This document shows, in pieces, positions 46,225-55,660 of a DNA stretch of 64,000 nucleotides. The number at the start of each line of letters is the position of its first letter. Positions within the stretch are counted from its first letter, which is position 1. A model generated the notes under the pieces. The model worked only from the letters and a program-made list of their open reading frames with translations. It was not told where the DNA came from and ran no database searches. The DNA is taken from positions 465,830 through 529,829 of the forward strand of contig OY969116.1 of NCBI GenBank assembly GCA_963698075.1, in the 5' to 3' direction. The stretch is from an uncultured Candidatus Berkelbacteria bacterium. GTDB lineage: Bacteria; Patescibacteriota; UBA1384; UBA12157; JAENIV01. Made by a program: the position numbers and the translations under genes.

Positions 46225-46330
46225 AAACTATTGTTTGAAAATAAACTACTCCCGAAGCAGGCTTCGAGGTATGACTCCTTTCGGAGAAGTTTTTTTCAAA
46301 CAGGTTGAAAATAAACTACTCTCCAGTAAA
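46225..46330. repeat. Right arm of the inverted repeats, plus tandem GAAAATAAACTACTC motifs
   Basis: CTACTCCCGAAGCAGGCTTCGAGGTATGACTCCTTTCGGAGAAGTTTTTTTC (46241-46292). GAAAATAAACTACTC occurs at 46233 and 46307. Confidence 0.5.
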
Positions 46331-46369
46331 ATCCTCGACAAATTCATTGATATCTGGTAGAATCAACAT

Positions 46370-46927
46370 ATGTGGAAATTGCAAAAATTACGACCTTGGA
46401 TTCTTGTTTTGGTCGTTTTGCTAATAATTACCGGTTTTGGTGTTTGGCAAATCAAGCCAACTTCTCAAACTCTAACAACAGATAGCCCTAGCCCTTTATA
46501 CGAAGATTTTCATTTGCTCATCCCCTCTTTAAATATCGAGGTCCCGGTGATAGCCGATGTTGATGGCGCTGACCAAACCGCCTACGATAAAGCCCTCGAA
46601 AATGGTGTGGCTCAGCTCAAAGGTTCGGCCAAACCCGGCGAGGGTTCCAATATCTTTATTTTCGGTCACTCTTCCTTTTATTGGTATAAACCGGGCAATT
46701 ACAAAACTATCTTTGCTAAATTAGAGGATGTCAAAATCGGTGACGAGGTGATTTTATGGTATGCAAAGAAAAAATATATCTATATCGTCAGCGAAACAAA
46801 GGTCGTTGATCCTCAGGAAGTCGATGTTTTAAAACCTACTACTCAAGAACAAGTCAGTTTAATGACTTGTGTCCCACCAGGGACAACCTTACATCGGCTG
46901 ATTGTGATCGCTAAACGCATCCAATAA
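46370..46927 (+). CDS. Sortase-family transpeptidase
   Basis: N-terminal TM segment. His motif IFIFGHSS. Catalytic LMTCVPPGTTLHRLIV (TLxTC...R). Confidence 0.7.
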   Translation: MWKLQKLRPWILVLVVLLIITGFGVWQIKPTSQTLTTDSPSPLYEDFHLLIPSLNIEVPVIADVDGADQTAYDKALENGVAQLKGSAKPGEGSNIFIFGHSSFYWYKPGNYKTIFAKLEDVKIGDEVILWYAKKKYIYIVSETKVVDPQEVDVLKPTTQEQVSLMTCVPPGTTLHRLIVIAKRIQ

Positions 46928-46932
46928 ACCAA

Positions 46933-47298
46933 TTATTCTCGGGTGGCGCCAACAACGACTTTCAAAGCGACCACTACACCCGCGGCCGCCGCAAAAGTGA
47001 CAAAGCTGGTAAGCACGGTTTGAACCCAGGTATAAACCGTTCCCAAAACAGATAACGCCTGCAGACCAGCCACACCGATAACGAGCAAGGCGACTACGGC
47101 CATCAAGAATTCATTCGCTTCTTTGTCAGTGACATTCAAGAAACCGACGATTAACCCCAAAATCACGAGCAGCAGCGAAGAATAACTAAAAGTAACAAAT
47201 CCTAAAAGGACCGCGATAATTAGGCCAATAATAAATGCCCATCGACCCATTTTTGCTTGGGACATGACCCTCCTTTCTTTAATATTATCATACAACAA
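46933..47298 (-). CDS. Small membrane protein (about 3 TM segments); the true start is probably the internal ATG after the AAGGAGG site
   Basis: Hydrophobic helices. An AAGGAGGG ribosome-binding site precedes MSQAKMGRW. Confidence 0.4.
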   Translation of the reverse strand: MLYDNIKERRVMSQAKMGRWAFIIGLIIAVLLGFVTFSYSSLLLVILGLIVGFLNVTDKEANEFLMAVVALLVIGVAGLQALSVLGTVYTWVQTVLTSFVTFAAAAGVVVALKVVVGATRE

Positions 47299-47325
47299 TT
47301 TGACGGAAATGTCAAATTACATAAT

Positions 47326-47428
47326 GTTAAAGCTTAAATGGTAAAACTTAAAACTGCAACTTAAATGAAAAAGGAATAAATCTTTTTTACTTTTTGCTGT
47401 TGCTTTAACATTTGCGTTTTTAGCTTTA
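47326..47428 (-). repeat. Copy R1 of a ~105-bp repeat family (degenerate leader mini-ORF MLKQQQKVKKIYSFFI)
   Basis: Shares the core TTTTAACATTTGCGTTTTTAGCTTT and flanking sequence with 55548-55660 and 57761-57873. Confidence 0.55.
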
Positions 47429-47431
47429 CGC

Positions 47432-48856
47432 TTATTTCTCGGCCCAATCTTTCATGAAGCTAATTGCTTGTTTGGCAAAAAACCAGAAATCTGAAGGTTT
47501 CTTGACGAACTTTTTCAGGCGTCCCCAAATATAAGAAGGTCTAAGATAAAATTGCAAATAGGCGCGGCGGCGCCAAGAAGCTAGTTTTTCCACCGGCAAT
47601 TTTGGCGTGGAAATAATGTTTTTACCGAGTTCGTAATCTTCCCAATCCTTTGAAATTATCCATCCTTTTTGGACGGCTTCTTCATAAAATTTTGTTCCCG
47701 GAAAAGGAATCGCTGAATAAAATTGAATATAGTCAGGATCGATCTCTTTAACAAATTTTATCGTCTGTTTAATCGTCTCCTCAGTTTCTCCCGGCAGGCC
47801 AAAAATGATGTGGGCCGCGCTTTCAATGTCGGCTTCACGTGTCCAGCCAAAAGCCTGGCGAATTTCTTTTAAGGTAATATTTTTACCAATATGGTTTAAT
47901 ATTTTTTGAACTCCTGATTCAACGCCATAGGAAATAATCTGGCAACCGGTCGACTTCATCTCTTTGAGCATCCCAAGATCCACCCGATCAACTCTCGCAT
48001 TGCTCATCCAGCGAAATCTTAGTCCCCTATCTTTAATCCCTTGGCAAATTTTTAGGACGAAATTGCGATCAAAGGTAAAAGTATCGGCCCAAAAAGTAAT
48101 ATCGCGGATTTTATGGACTCGCAAAATCTCTTCAACCTCATCTAAAACATTTTCCGGGCTACGCATCCTGATTTTTGTCCCATAATAGAGATTGGCGGTG
48201 CAAAAACTGCAGTTATTAGGACAGCCGCGGGCGGTAATCACCAGGGTATAAGGCCGATTGTAAATCGGCATTTTGTAGCGTTCGTTCTTTAAGAGATCCC
48301 GGGCAGGAAATGGTAAAAGATCTAAATTATTGATAAATGGCCGCGTCGGGTTATTAACAAAGGTGGGATTACCCCTATATGAAAGACCCTTCACATATCT
48401 TAATCTTTCTTTAGTTCGAAGGTTTTCCGCTAAATCCAAAGCTGTCATTTCTGGTTCGCCGCGGATAATCGAATCTAGAGCAGTTTCAATTAAGGTTAAT
48501 TCCGGCAGCGTCGACACGTGAACGCCAATGGCTGAAAGATGGGTTTTGGGTAAAATTTTTTTAAGTTTTAGAGCAAAGTCGCGGTCAGCGCTAAAAGTGG
48601 CAGTCGAAAAGTTGAGGATTACCAATTTTGGCTTAAAGTGGACAATCTGCCTGATGACCGCTTCGGCTGACATTTCTTCGGCCATACAATCGATCAGTTT
48701 CACTTCAAAACCCTTTTGGCGCAAAACCGCCGCAATTGATGGCAAAGAGATTGGCACCATCAGATATTGAAAAGATGAGGCCCTTTGCTCACAGCGACCT
48801 TCACGAATGTATTTTTCGTGATTAGGCGCTGGCGGGTTGATAATTGCAATTTTCAA
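47432..48856 (-). CDS. B12-binding-domain radical SAM enzyme (class B)
   Basis: N-terminal cobalamin-binding-like Rossmann region (MKIAIINPP...) and CX3CX2C motif GCPNNCSFCTAN. Confidence 0.7.
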   Translation of the reverse strand: MKIAIINPPAPNHEKYIREGRCEQRASSFQYLMVPISLPSIAAVLRQKGFEVKLIDCMAEEMSAEAVIRQIVHFKPKLVILNFSTATFSADRDFALKLKKILPKTHLSAIGVHVSTLPELTLIETALDSIIRGEPEMTALDLAENLRTKERLRYVKGLSYRGNPTFVNNPTRPFINNLDLLPFPARDLLKNERYKMPIYNRPYTLVITARGCPNNCSFCTANLYYGTKIRMRSPENVLDEVEEILRVHKIRDITFWADTFTFDRNFVLKICQGIKDRGLRFRWMSNARVDRVDLGMLKEMKSTGCQIISYGVESGVQKILNHIGKNITLKEIRQAFGWTREADIESAAHIIFGLPGETEETIKQTIKFVKEIDPDYIQFYSAIPFPGTKFYEEAVQKGWIISKDWEDYELGKNIISTPKLPVEKLASWRRRAYLQFYLRPSYIWGRLKKFVKKPSDFWFFAKQAISFMKDWAEK

Positions 48857-48898
48857 TTGTCCCTCCTTCCGGGTGATTTAGATATATTTATATTGTCA

Positions 48899-49318
48899 TT
48901 AAATTTTAATTTTTTCAACCTCTTCCGTTTTCTGGCTAAAAACCCATTTTTTTGTTATAAAAAAATTAAATATTGCCGAAACGGCGGTTGCAAAAATTTT
49001 AGCTAAGATATACCAAAGACCAAATACTTCTACCAAAAAAACTAAAATTATTAAATTAATTCCATTTCCAAGCGCATGAGTTAAAACATATTTAAAAAAT
49101 TGACCCAGATATTTTTTTCTTCCGTCTCTAAAAGTCCAGTATTTATTGATGCTAAAACTGATCCAAAGCACAATTGCAATGGAGCCAACAGCAGCGACAA
49201 GATAAAAAAGATGCAGATATTCAACCAAACTATAAAGAAATAAAAAATCTAAACCAGTTCCCAAGAAGCCAACTAAGATATATTTTAAAAATTGTTTCGA
49301 TAGAAAATAGTTAGACAT
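48899..49318 (-). CDS. GtrA-family membrane protein
   Basis: Four TM segments, about 139 aa, with the GtrA-like pattern (YILVGFLGTGLDFLFLY ... KYWTFRD). Confidence 0.65.
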   Translation of the reverse strand: MSNYFLSKQFLKYILVGFLGTGLDFLFLYSLVEYLHLFYLVAAVGSIAIVLWISFSINKYWTFRDGRKKYLGQFFKYVLTHALGNGINLIILVFLVEVFGLWYILAKIFATAVSAIFNFFITKKWVFSQKTEEVEKIKI

Positions 49319-49321
49319 TGT

Positions 49322-50131
49322 TCAGCTCCCTTTTGGTAATTTCTGGCAAATTGCTATAAAAGCTCCAGTTTTAGATAAATCTTCGGAATAATAAATATCA
49401 GACAACTCGATTTTTTTGGGATGAGAGATACCTTTTTGATATGTCCAAAAGTAAATTTTTAAATACCCGTGGTAAATTAGCTTTTTTATTATCGAAGGTA
49501 GATTGGCGTATAGGATTCTGACGAATCTTTTCGGACTCCATTTGGGATATAACAATCTTTCGGAACCTTTAAAATATTGACCTAATATTTTTTGGATTTT
49601 AAAGCCTATTAATATTTTTTTGAAATCATTGAGAAACCATTCGTGATAGTGAAAGGGGTGAAAAGGTTTTTTGGTGTCAGGGGAATAGATTGCTTTATTA
49701 GGAGTGGAGATAATCAGCAGACCACCTGGTTTTAAGACTCGAAGAAGTTCGCTGACTGCTTTCTCGTAATTCTTGATATGTTCAATAACCTCAAACGCGC
49801 AGATTTGATCGAAAGAATTATCGTCAAAGTCTAAATGAGTAATATCCCCCTGTTTGAAGAAAAGGCGGGGATTAAAGTGATGGGTTTGGCAGTATTCAAT
49901 TGAATTAGCAATGATGTCAACACCGTAGACCTTTTTAGCGCCGGCGCGAATAAGTTTGTAAGATCCATAGCCAGCGCCACAGCCGATATCTAAAATAACC
50001 TTATCTTGGGCATATTGAGTTGCTAATTTGTAGCGCGCTGATGAGGCTTGTGCCTCATGCAGAAATTTTGTCTTAGTCGGTATTAGAGAACTTTCTAAAT
50101 AATAATAGTTATCTTTTTTTCTTGAGAACAT
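49322..50131 (-). CDS. Class I SAM-dependent methyltransferase
   Basis: ILDIGCGAGYGSYKL motif I and VLKPGGLLII motif. Confidence 0.65.
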   Translation of the reverse strand: MFSRKKDNYYYLESSLIPTKTKFLHEAQASSARYKLATQYAQDKVILDIGCGAGYGSYKLIRAGAKKVYGVDIIANSIEYCQTHHFNPRLFFKQGDITHLDFDDNSFDQICAFEVIEHIKNYEKAVSELLRVLKPGGLLIISTPNKAIYSPDTKKPFHPFHYHEWFLNDFKKILIGFKIQKILGQYFKGSERLLYPKWSPKRFVRILYANLPSIIKKLIYHGYLKIYFWTYQKGISHPKKIELSDIYYSEDLSKTGAFIAICQKLPKGS

Positions 50132-52731
50132 TATGAATCCTTTCTTGGTTTAATGATCCATCTGATTATTAGCGGCAGAAGAAAAATAATAACAAACAAG
50201 AGATTTAACCAGCTACTATATTTCTGAACAGGTGAATTTCCAAGTTTATAATTCATTTCTATTTGATGAGCCCCGGCTGGCAGATCGAGAGCCATCAGAT
50301 TTTCAACCCTATAAATTTTGATTTCTTGACCATCTAAATAGGCCTTCCAATATGGTGAATAAGTGAAGGAAATTAAAACAGGAGTTGATTTTTCGGCAGT
50401 ATAGGAGAATTTTTTAGATTCCGGTTCCAATATCTGATTAGAGAAGGTAATTTGGGGGGAATTTTGTTTAGTACTAACATCGGTATTATGTACAAGTTCT
50501 TTAATAAATTCAATTTCTTGGTCGTTATGGGTAAGAAAGGCATGATAATAAAGATTACCTCCTATAAACCAGACCTTACTGCTTGCCCCTTCGGGGCCCT
50601 CGATTTCTTTATAGCCAACAATGTCAGTTTCTTCGCCAGTTTCATTCATTTTCAGAACAGATCCATCCAAGCCCATATAACTCATAAATCCCCATTCTTT
50701 AAATGGTTTTTCAGCATAGTCCCCAAAACCAGTTAAATCTTGAATTTCATTTGGCATTTCAATTTTTGTAGGAACGTAATTTGGGCTGTCATTGTTTTTT
50801 TCTAAAGAAAGGGTATTTGTTATTTTTCTGGGGATTCCCGTTACTCCTAAAAAATATGGAAGATCTTCTAACTTACCTTTTTCAATTCCCTGAAAATCAA
50901 TAATTACTTTCCCGCCGCCTTTAGCATATTCCTTGATTAAAACTTCTGCCTTTTTCTTGTCATGATAGCCAAAACCGTAAAGGACAAGGCTATCAAAATT
51001 TTTTAAAAAATCAAGATCGTAGTCATCGATGAAAGTCGAATTGCCTTGAATAGCCATTAAATTTCTGTCTGATAGAACCGCGGCGGCGGTATTGGCATAA
51101 TTGCCGACAACTAAGGTTTTTTCTTTGATCGGGATTATGTATTCCGATGGGGCATCTTTATAATATAGGATATAATCTTTACCATGATAAATTATCTTAA
51201 AGCCGTCTTCTTCCATTTTTTTAAGGAAATCTATGGCATAGCCAACTCTTTTTTGGCGAAGCGGCGAGAAGGCCTTGGGATCTTTTTGGTAAAGTTCTTC
51301 AGTCGCTTGAAATTCAGCGCGTATCAAGACATAGCGAACATTTTGATATTTTATAGCGTTGATGGCTTGGTTGCCAAAGTCATATTCAATATCATCAAAA
51401 ATCCAAGCGATGTTAGGACCTGTTCTAGCCAGAGCAAAATACAGACCATCGTTAGAGGAAAAACCGGTTGCCTCGGCTAATTCAGGCCAAAGCAAAGTGA
51501 TTCCGAAGGTGGCGTGTACAGGCATAACCCGTCCACCATTCTGAGTGAATTTGTTTAATAATTCGGGGGCGAAAAATGCCACTTGTGGATTTGAAAGTTG
51601 AGTAAAATGATAGATCTTATCAGATTGGTAAAGTCCCAGAGTCAAAATTACCAGTGCCGCCACAATCTTTACACTAATGATTTTAAAACCGAAGGTTTTT
51701 TTAAAATCAATGGCGCTTGCCGTCAAATAAATAAAACCAAAAGTCGCCACATAAACCCAGAGTGATGGACGAATAAAGGAAATGACGATAGGGATGGGAG
51801 CATTAACTCCTAAGCTAAGATAGAATGCAAACAAGGAGAGCACGAAAAGAGCTGTTTTTTGAGCCTGACGATTTTGGATAACAGAATAAAAACTAACTAA
51901 AATATAAATAACTGGTACGATGTTTTTTAAAAGATAATAAATTGAAAAAAATGAAGTTTCTCTAAGTGTTTCTCCGCTCATCGCGGACACATTGCCGTAT
52001 TCTAAGACAAAAGGAAGAAGGTAAAATGAGACTAAAGCAAGCGCGAATATTTGAGCGGCTAATAACATTAGAAAATGAATGCTGGACATTTTTGAAGAGA
52101 AAAGGACATAAAGAAAGCCGTAGAGTACCACTGCTGCCATAATGACTAAACCTACCATTGGATGGGCTAAGAGCGAGAGACCAAGTATTAATGATAAAAT
52201 CAACAGGCGAGAATACCTTCCTTTTTCTAAAAGTTGATTTGTGCAGTAAAAGGCGAGTGGTAAACAAACTAAAGCCAAGGCTTTTGTTCGAGCTTCAGTG
52301 AATATTACTGGAGAGATGGCCCACATTAAAGAACCCAACAACGTTGTAAAAAGATTGAATTTTTTTCTTAAAACAAAAAACATTGCTAACGCACTTAGCA
52401 GGGCGATTACGAAAAAGACAAGCGTGCCGGTATAATCAATATTATTAGTTAGCCAATAAATTAAGATAATTAAAGGGTGAATCAGGGGAGGAGCGTATTT
52501 TATTTCAAAGTTGTTATACCAATGAGGATCAATTAAAGCTATTTTATGATATTGCTGCCAATAATCAGCGATGATTTTTGCCGTATGAGTGAAAGAAAGA
52601 GTGTCAATGCCAATTGGCGGACCAGGGGTAAAAAGAACATTTCGAAAAATAAAAGTCAGGAAAGCGATTAAAATTACCAGGGCAATGATGGCCGCTAATA
52701 TCGCCTCGATCCTTTTGGGTGGTTTTTCCAT
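50131..52731 (-). CDS. Large polytopic membrane protein (866 aa) of the YfhO / PTPS-related membrane-protein type, with a C-terminal extracytoplasmic domain
   Basis: About 13 N-terminal TM segments, a roughly 450-aa soluble domain and a final C-terminal TM segment. The family assignment is by architecture only. Confidence 0.45.
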   Translation of the reverse strand: MEKPPKRIEAILAAIIALVILIAFLTFIFRNVLFTPGPPIGIDTLSFTHTAKIIADYWQQYHKIALIDPHWYNNFEIKYAPPLIHPLIILIYWLTNNIDYTGTLVFFVIALLSALAMFFVLRKKFNLFTTLLGSLMWAISPVIFTEARTKALALVCLPLAFYCTNQLLEKGRYSRLLILSLILGLSLLAHPMVGLVIMAAVVLYGFLYVLFSSKMSSIHFLMLLAAQIFALALVSFYLLPFVLEYGNVSAMSGETLRETSFFSIYYLLKNIVPVIYILVSFYSVIQNRQAQKTALFVLSLFAFYLSLGVNAPIPIVISFIRPSLWVYVATFGFIYLTASAIDFKKTFGFKIISVKIVAALVILTLGLYQSDKIYHFTQLSNPQVAFFAPELLNKFTQNGGRVMPVHATFGITLLWPELAEATGFSSNDGLYFALARTGPNIAWIFDDIEYDFGNQAINAIKYQNVRYVLIRAEFQATEELYQKDPKAFSPLRQKRVGYAIDFLKKMEEDGFKIIYHGKDYILYYKDAPSEYIIPIKEKTLVVGNYANTAAAVLSDRNLMAIQGNSTFIDDYDLDFLKNFDSLVLYGFGYHDKKKAEVLIKEYAKGGGKVIIDFQGIEKGKLEDLPYFLGVTGIPRKITNTLSLEKNNDSPNYVPTKIEMPNEIQDLTGFGDYAEKPFKEWGFMSYMGLDGSVLKMNETGEETDIVGYKEIEGPEGASSKVWFIGGNLYYHAFLTHNDQEIEFIKELVHNTDVSTKQNSPQITFSNQILEPESKKFSYTAEKSTPVLISFTYSPYWKAYLDGQEIKIYRVENLMALDLPAGAHQIEMNYKLGNSPVQKYSSWLNLLFVIIFLLPLIIRWIIKPRKDS

Positions 52732-54408
52732 CTATCCTCTTTCCTTAATCTTCTGCTCATTAAAAACTCCATCAAATCTTTTTGTTCCATTAAAACCGTT
52801 CGGCTTCGTATTAGGACTAATGCCTAAGCCAAAACCGTCCAATTCGGCGATTTTCTCCTCATAATAAGGCGCTGGTTCAACTTTGCGGCCGCTAATAAAT
52901 TGCCAAACTTTCAAGCCAAAATTGGTTGTTTTTTGATAACCACCTTTGAGCGAAGAACGGTATTCCTTAACCGATCGAACCGGATTAATCGGAGTAGTCC
53001 AGGCCTGGGGTTCTTTTAGTGTTTCCAAATAGCCGGCAAAACGGAAATAAAAGGTTAAAAGCCGAAAAAAAGGTGTTACGAGACAAAATTGGATGCTGTT
53101 TTTAATTTGTTCTCTCGCTTCTTTGTCAACAACCCGGTAACAATATAAAGCATTCAAAAAATCTATCAAAACATAAAAAGCGTACATAAGAGAGATTGCC
53201 TCAATAATTAAAGTCATCGAGTAGCCGAAGAGAAAGAACAAGGGAAGCATGAAAATCCAGATAATTCGGGGAAAACTAAAAGTATGGTCTATTATTAAAA
53301 GGATGGTCAGCCAAAAATTGCGCCAAAAACCCTTACGGAAATTGCCGTACCAATCAAGATGCAGACCAATGACTTCAATCTGACCCCGGTGCCAACGAAT
53401 TCTTTGAGCGTAGAACCTTTCAAAAGATAGAACAGGTTTAAGATAGGCTTTGGCATCGGCAACAAAGCCAAGACGGATATTTTGTCCTTGGAGATCTAAA
53501 GTTAAGTCAGTGTCTTCGGCAACGGTTCGGGATTGGTACATCGCCGAATGAAGGATTACCTCCCTTCGGAAAGCCGAAAATGCTCCAGAGAAAGTGTACA
53601 TCGAGCCGGTAATGTCCTGAAACTGGCGACCCAAACGAAACGAAGTTAAGTATTCCATAAACTGGGATTTGGCGAGGAAATTTTCCTTACGGGATAATTC
53701 CCTTGGTTTATAATGACCGTCGTCCAAAAGATAGTTACCTTGCAGATCGCGCTCATAAATTAACCGCCAGCCAATCTCGACGTTGCCGGTTAAAGCGCCG
53801 TATTCTGGTTGGGTGACAAATTTCCTGACCATATTATAAATTGCATCCGGCGCCAAAAACGACCGGCAGTCAATGTTAATAATGATTTCGCCCTGCGAGA
53901 GACGAATGCCGGCATTGAGCGCTTTGGCCTTGCCTTTTTCATTACGAACCACCAATCTTAAAAGTCCGCCATAGCTTTTAAACTCGTAAGCATGGCCATC
54001 AACTATGAGTTGGCGGTGATGATTATTTGAATGCACTGCATTCCCTTGTTTTACCTGCCAAATCTCTTTCATGTGTTTTTTGACAATATTACTTGTCTCA
54101 TCGGTCGAACCGTTATCAACCACGATTATTTCCATTTTTTCTTGCGGATAATTCTGAATCTTTAAGTAATCTAAGCATTCGTTGATATTTTCCTCTTCGT
54201 TGTAAGTTGGAATGATGACGGAAACTTTTGGCAGTTTACTCGGATCAAGTTTCACCTTACTGGCGATATCGCGTTTGGCAATAGTATGATACTTTTCGGT
54301 AAAAACAATCGTGAGCATGTAAATTAGAGTTAATACCCCGTCAAAAAGCACCGGAATAATAATCCAAACTCCCCAGAAAACCGCCAAAATAAACAAGTTA
54401 TTATTCAC
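52732..54408 (-). CDS. Processive GT2 glycosyltransferase (cellulose/chitin/poly-GlcNAc synthase-like) with membrane domain
   Basis: SVIIPTYNEE...VVDNGSTD...INIDCRS...RIRWHRGQ (QxxRW-like) motifs. N- and C-terminal TM helices. Confidence 0.7.
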   Translation of the reverse strand: MNNNLFILAVFWGVWIIIPVLFDGVLTLIYMLTIVFTEKYHTIAKRDIASKVKLDPSKLPKVSVIIPTYNEEENINECLDYLKIQNYPQEKMEIIVVDNGSTDETSNIVKKHMKEIWQVKQGNAVHSNNHHRQLIVDGHAYEFKSYGGLLRLVVRNEKGKAKALNAGIRLSQGEIIINIDCRSFLAPDAIYNMVRKFVTQPEYGALTGNVEIGWRLIYERDLQGNYLLDDGHYKPRELSRKENFLAKSQFMEYLTSFRLGRQFQDITGSMYTFSGAFSAFRREVILHSAMYQSRTVAEDTDLTLDLQGQNIRLGFVADAKAYLKPVLSFERFYAQRIRWHRGQIEVIGLHLDWYGNFRKGFWRNFWLTILLIIDHTFSFPRIIWIFMLPLFFLFGYSMTLIIEAISLMYAFYVLIDFLNALYCYRVVDKEAREQIKNSIQFCLVTPFFRLLTFYFRFAGYLETLKEPQAWTTPINPVRSVKEYRSSLKGGYQKTTNFGLKVWQFISGRKVEPAPYYEEKIAELDGFGLGISPNTKPNGFNGTKRFDGVFNEQKIKERG

Positions 54409-55545
54409 TTAATCCTCCTTGATGATATCGATTAAATAACTTGAAGGCTCTTTGCCAATGTTTTTCACTCTAATTTCTAAAATATCTTCCATTCCAACAT
54501 CAATGTCTTTACCAAAAACTTTGTAATCTATAAGAATACCTTGAGCTGGAACAATCGCCCGATTTTGCAAAATGTCACCCAGATAAACTTCGATCATTAC
54601 CGGGCCTTTGCCTTCCTTGATTTGAAGATTCATTTGATCGGGTTCGAGGATGCTTCTTCGATATTGCCATGCTTGTCCTGGGGCTAAATCTTTAATATTG
54701 ATTTGATCTAGACGATTGAAGCTGGATTCCTCGCCCAAAATTGCTGGCGATGAAGTCATGCCCGTTTCTTCTTGATAAATTATCGGCCGTTCTTGCTTGG
54801 CAACTTGGATAAACGCTTTGTGCCACTCATTGCTCATCTTGAAGCTCACAAATGACAAGCCGATGGCAAGAATGATAACCATGGCTTGAGCTAAAGTGTG
54901 GCGCCACGTCAGGGAATGGCCAGATCTTGCGGTTTGAGCTAATGACTGGTGGTTACTAATGCTATCGCCAACTGACTTGACCGACGGCTTGGTCATCAGA
55001 TACCAATATAATAGTAGTTCGAGAAGGAAGAAGAAAACCCTGGCCACGCCGGCATGAGCTAAGAATATATAGTCGGGTCCAAACTTATAAGCCATCAACA
55101 CAATAATCATCAAACGGACGATGTTGATGACATAAGTTACAACCAGACCAAAAACAATTCTTAACGCTCGCTGGCGCAAACTAAATAAAGGATAAAAAGC
55201 GATAAGACCGATTAATATGCTCGATTCCAAAATCGCCGAACACTCAATGCCAAGCTTCAGAATCGAACTGCCGCCATCGGTTAGCACAATTTGAAACCGG
55301 CCGTTGGACATCAGTTCCATTGGAATATGGAAAATATCTTTGCTGATGAGGTCGACATGGAAACTAGCCATGTTCACCAAAAGCTGGTCAAGGCCGAAAT
55401 ATTCGGCCAAAAAAACCAATTGGATCGTCAGTCCAAAAGCGGCGATTAAGTAATAGAAAAGCCACTGGCGATGTCGGCGAAACACCAGCACAAGTGTCAG
55501 CCAGATCGGGAAGATGATAATTGTGGCAAGTAAGCGTGAATCCAT
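54409..55545 (-). CDS. Exosortase/archaeosortase-family protein (XrtG-like context) with a C-terminal EpsI-like extension
   Basis: Eight TM core with a Cys motif LKLGIECSAILESS and an Arg motif NIVRLMIIV. One extra TM segment plus about 130 aa of soluble C-terminal domain. Immediately upstream of the GT2 synthase. Confidence 0.6.
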   Translation of the reverse strand: MDSRLLATIIIFPIWLTLVLVFRRHRQWLFYYLIAAFGLTIQLVFLAEYFGLDQLLVNMASFHVDLISKDIFHIPMELMSNGRFQIVLTDGGSSILKLGIECSAILESSILIGLIAFYPLFSLRQRALRIVFGLVVTYVINIVRLMIIVLMAYKFGPDYIFLAHAGVARVFFFLLELLLYWYLMTKPSVKSVGDSISNHQSLAQTARSGHSLTWRHTLAQAMVIILAIGLSFVSFKMSNEWHKAFIQVAKQERPIIYQEETGMTSSPAILGEESSFNRLDQINIKDLAPGQAWQYRRSILEPDQMNLQIKEGKGPVMIEVYLGDILQNRAIVPAQGILIDYKVFGKDIDVGMEDILEIRVKNIGKEPSSYLIDIIKED

Positions 55546-55547
55546 AA

Positions 55548-55660
55548 TAAACTTAAAACTTAAATGTCAAAGCTAAAAGTTTCATGAAAAAGTTTAAAGG
55601 ATGAATCTTTTTAGTTTTTTGCTGCAGTTTTAACATTTGCGTTTTTAGCTTTTAGTTTTG
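55548..55660 (-). repeat. Copy R2 of the ~105-bp repeat family
   Basis: Near-identical to R3. It carries the mini-ORF MLKLQQKTKKIHPLNFFMKLLALTFKF (55553-55636), which ends 7 nt before the exosortase ATG. Confidence 0.55.
55553..55636 (-). CDS. Leader-like mini-ORF (27 aa) encoded by repeat copy R2
   Basis: ATG at 55636, TAA at 55553-55555. Homologous to the N-terminal 27 aa of the 742-aa protein. No ribosome-binding site is visible. Confidence 0.2.
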   Translation of the reverse strand: MLKLQQKTKKIHPLNFFMKLLALTFKF

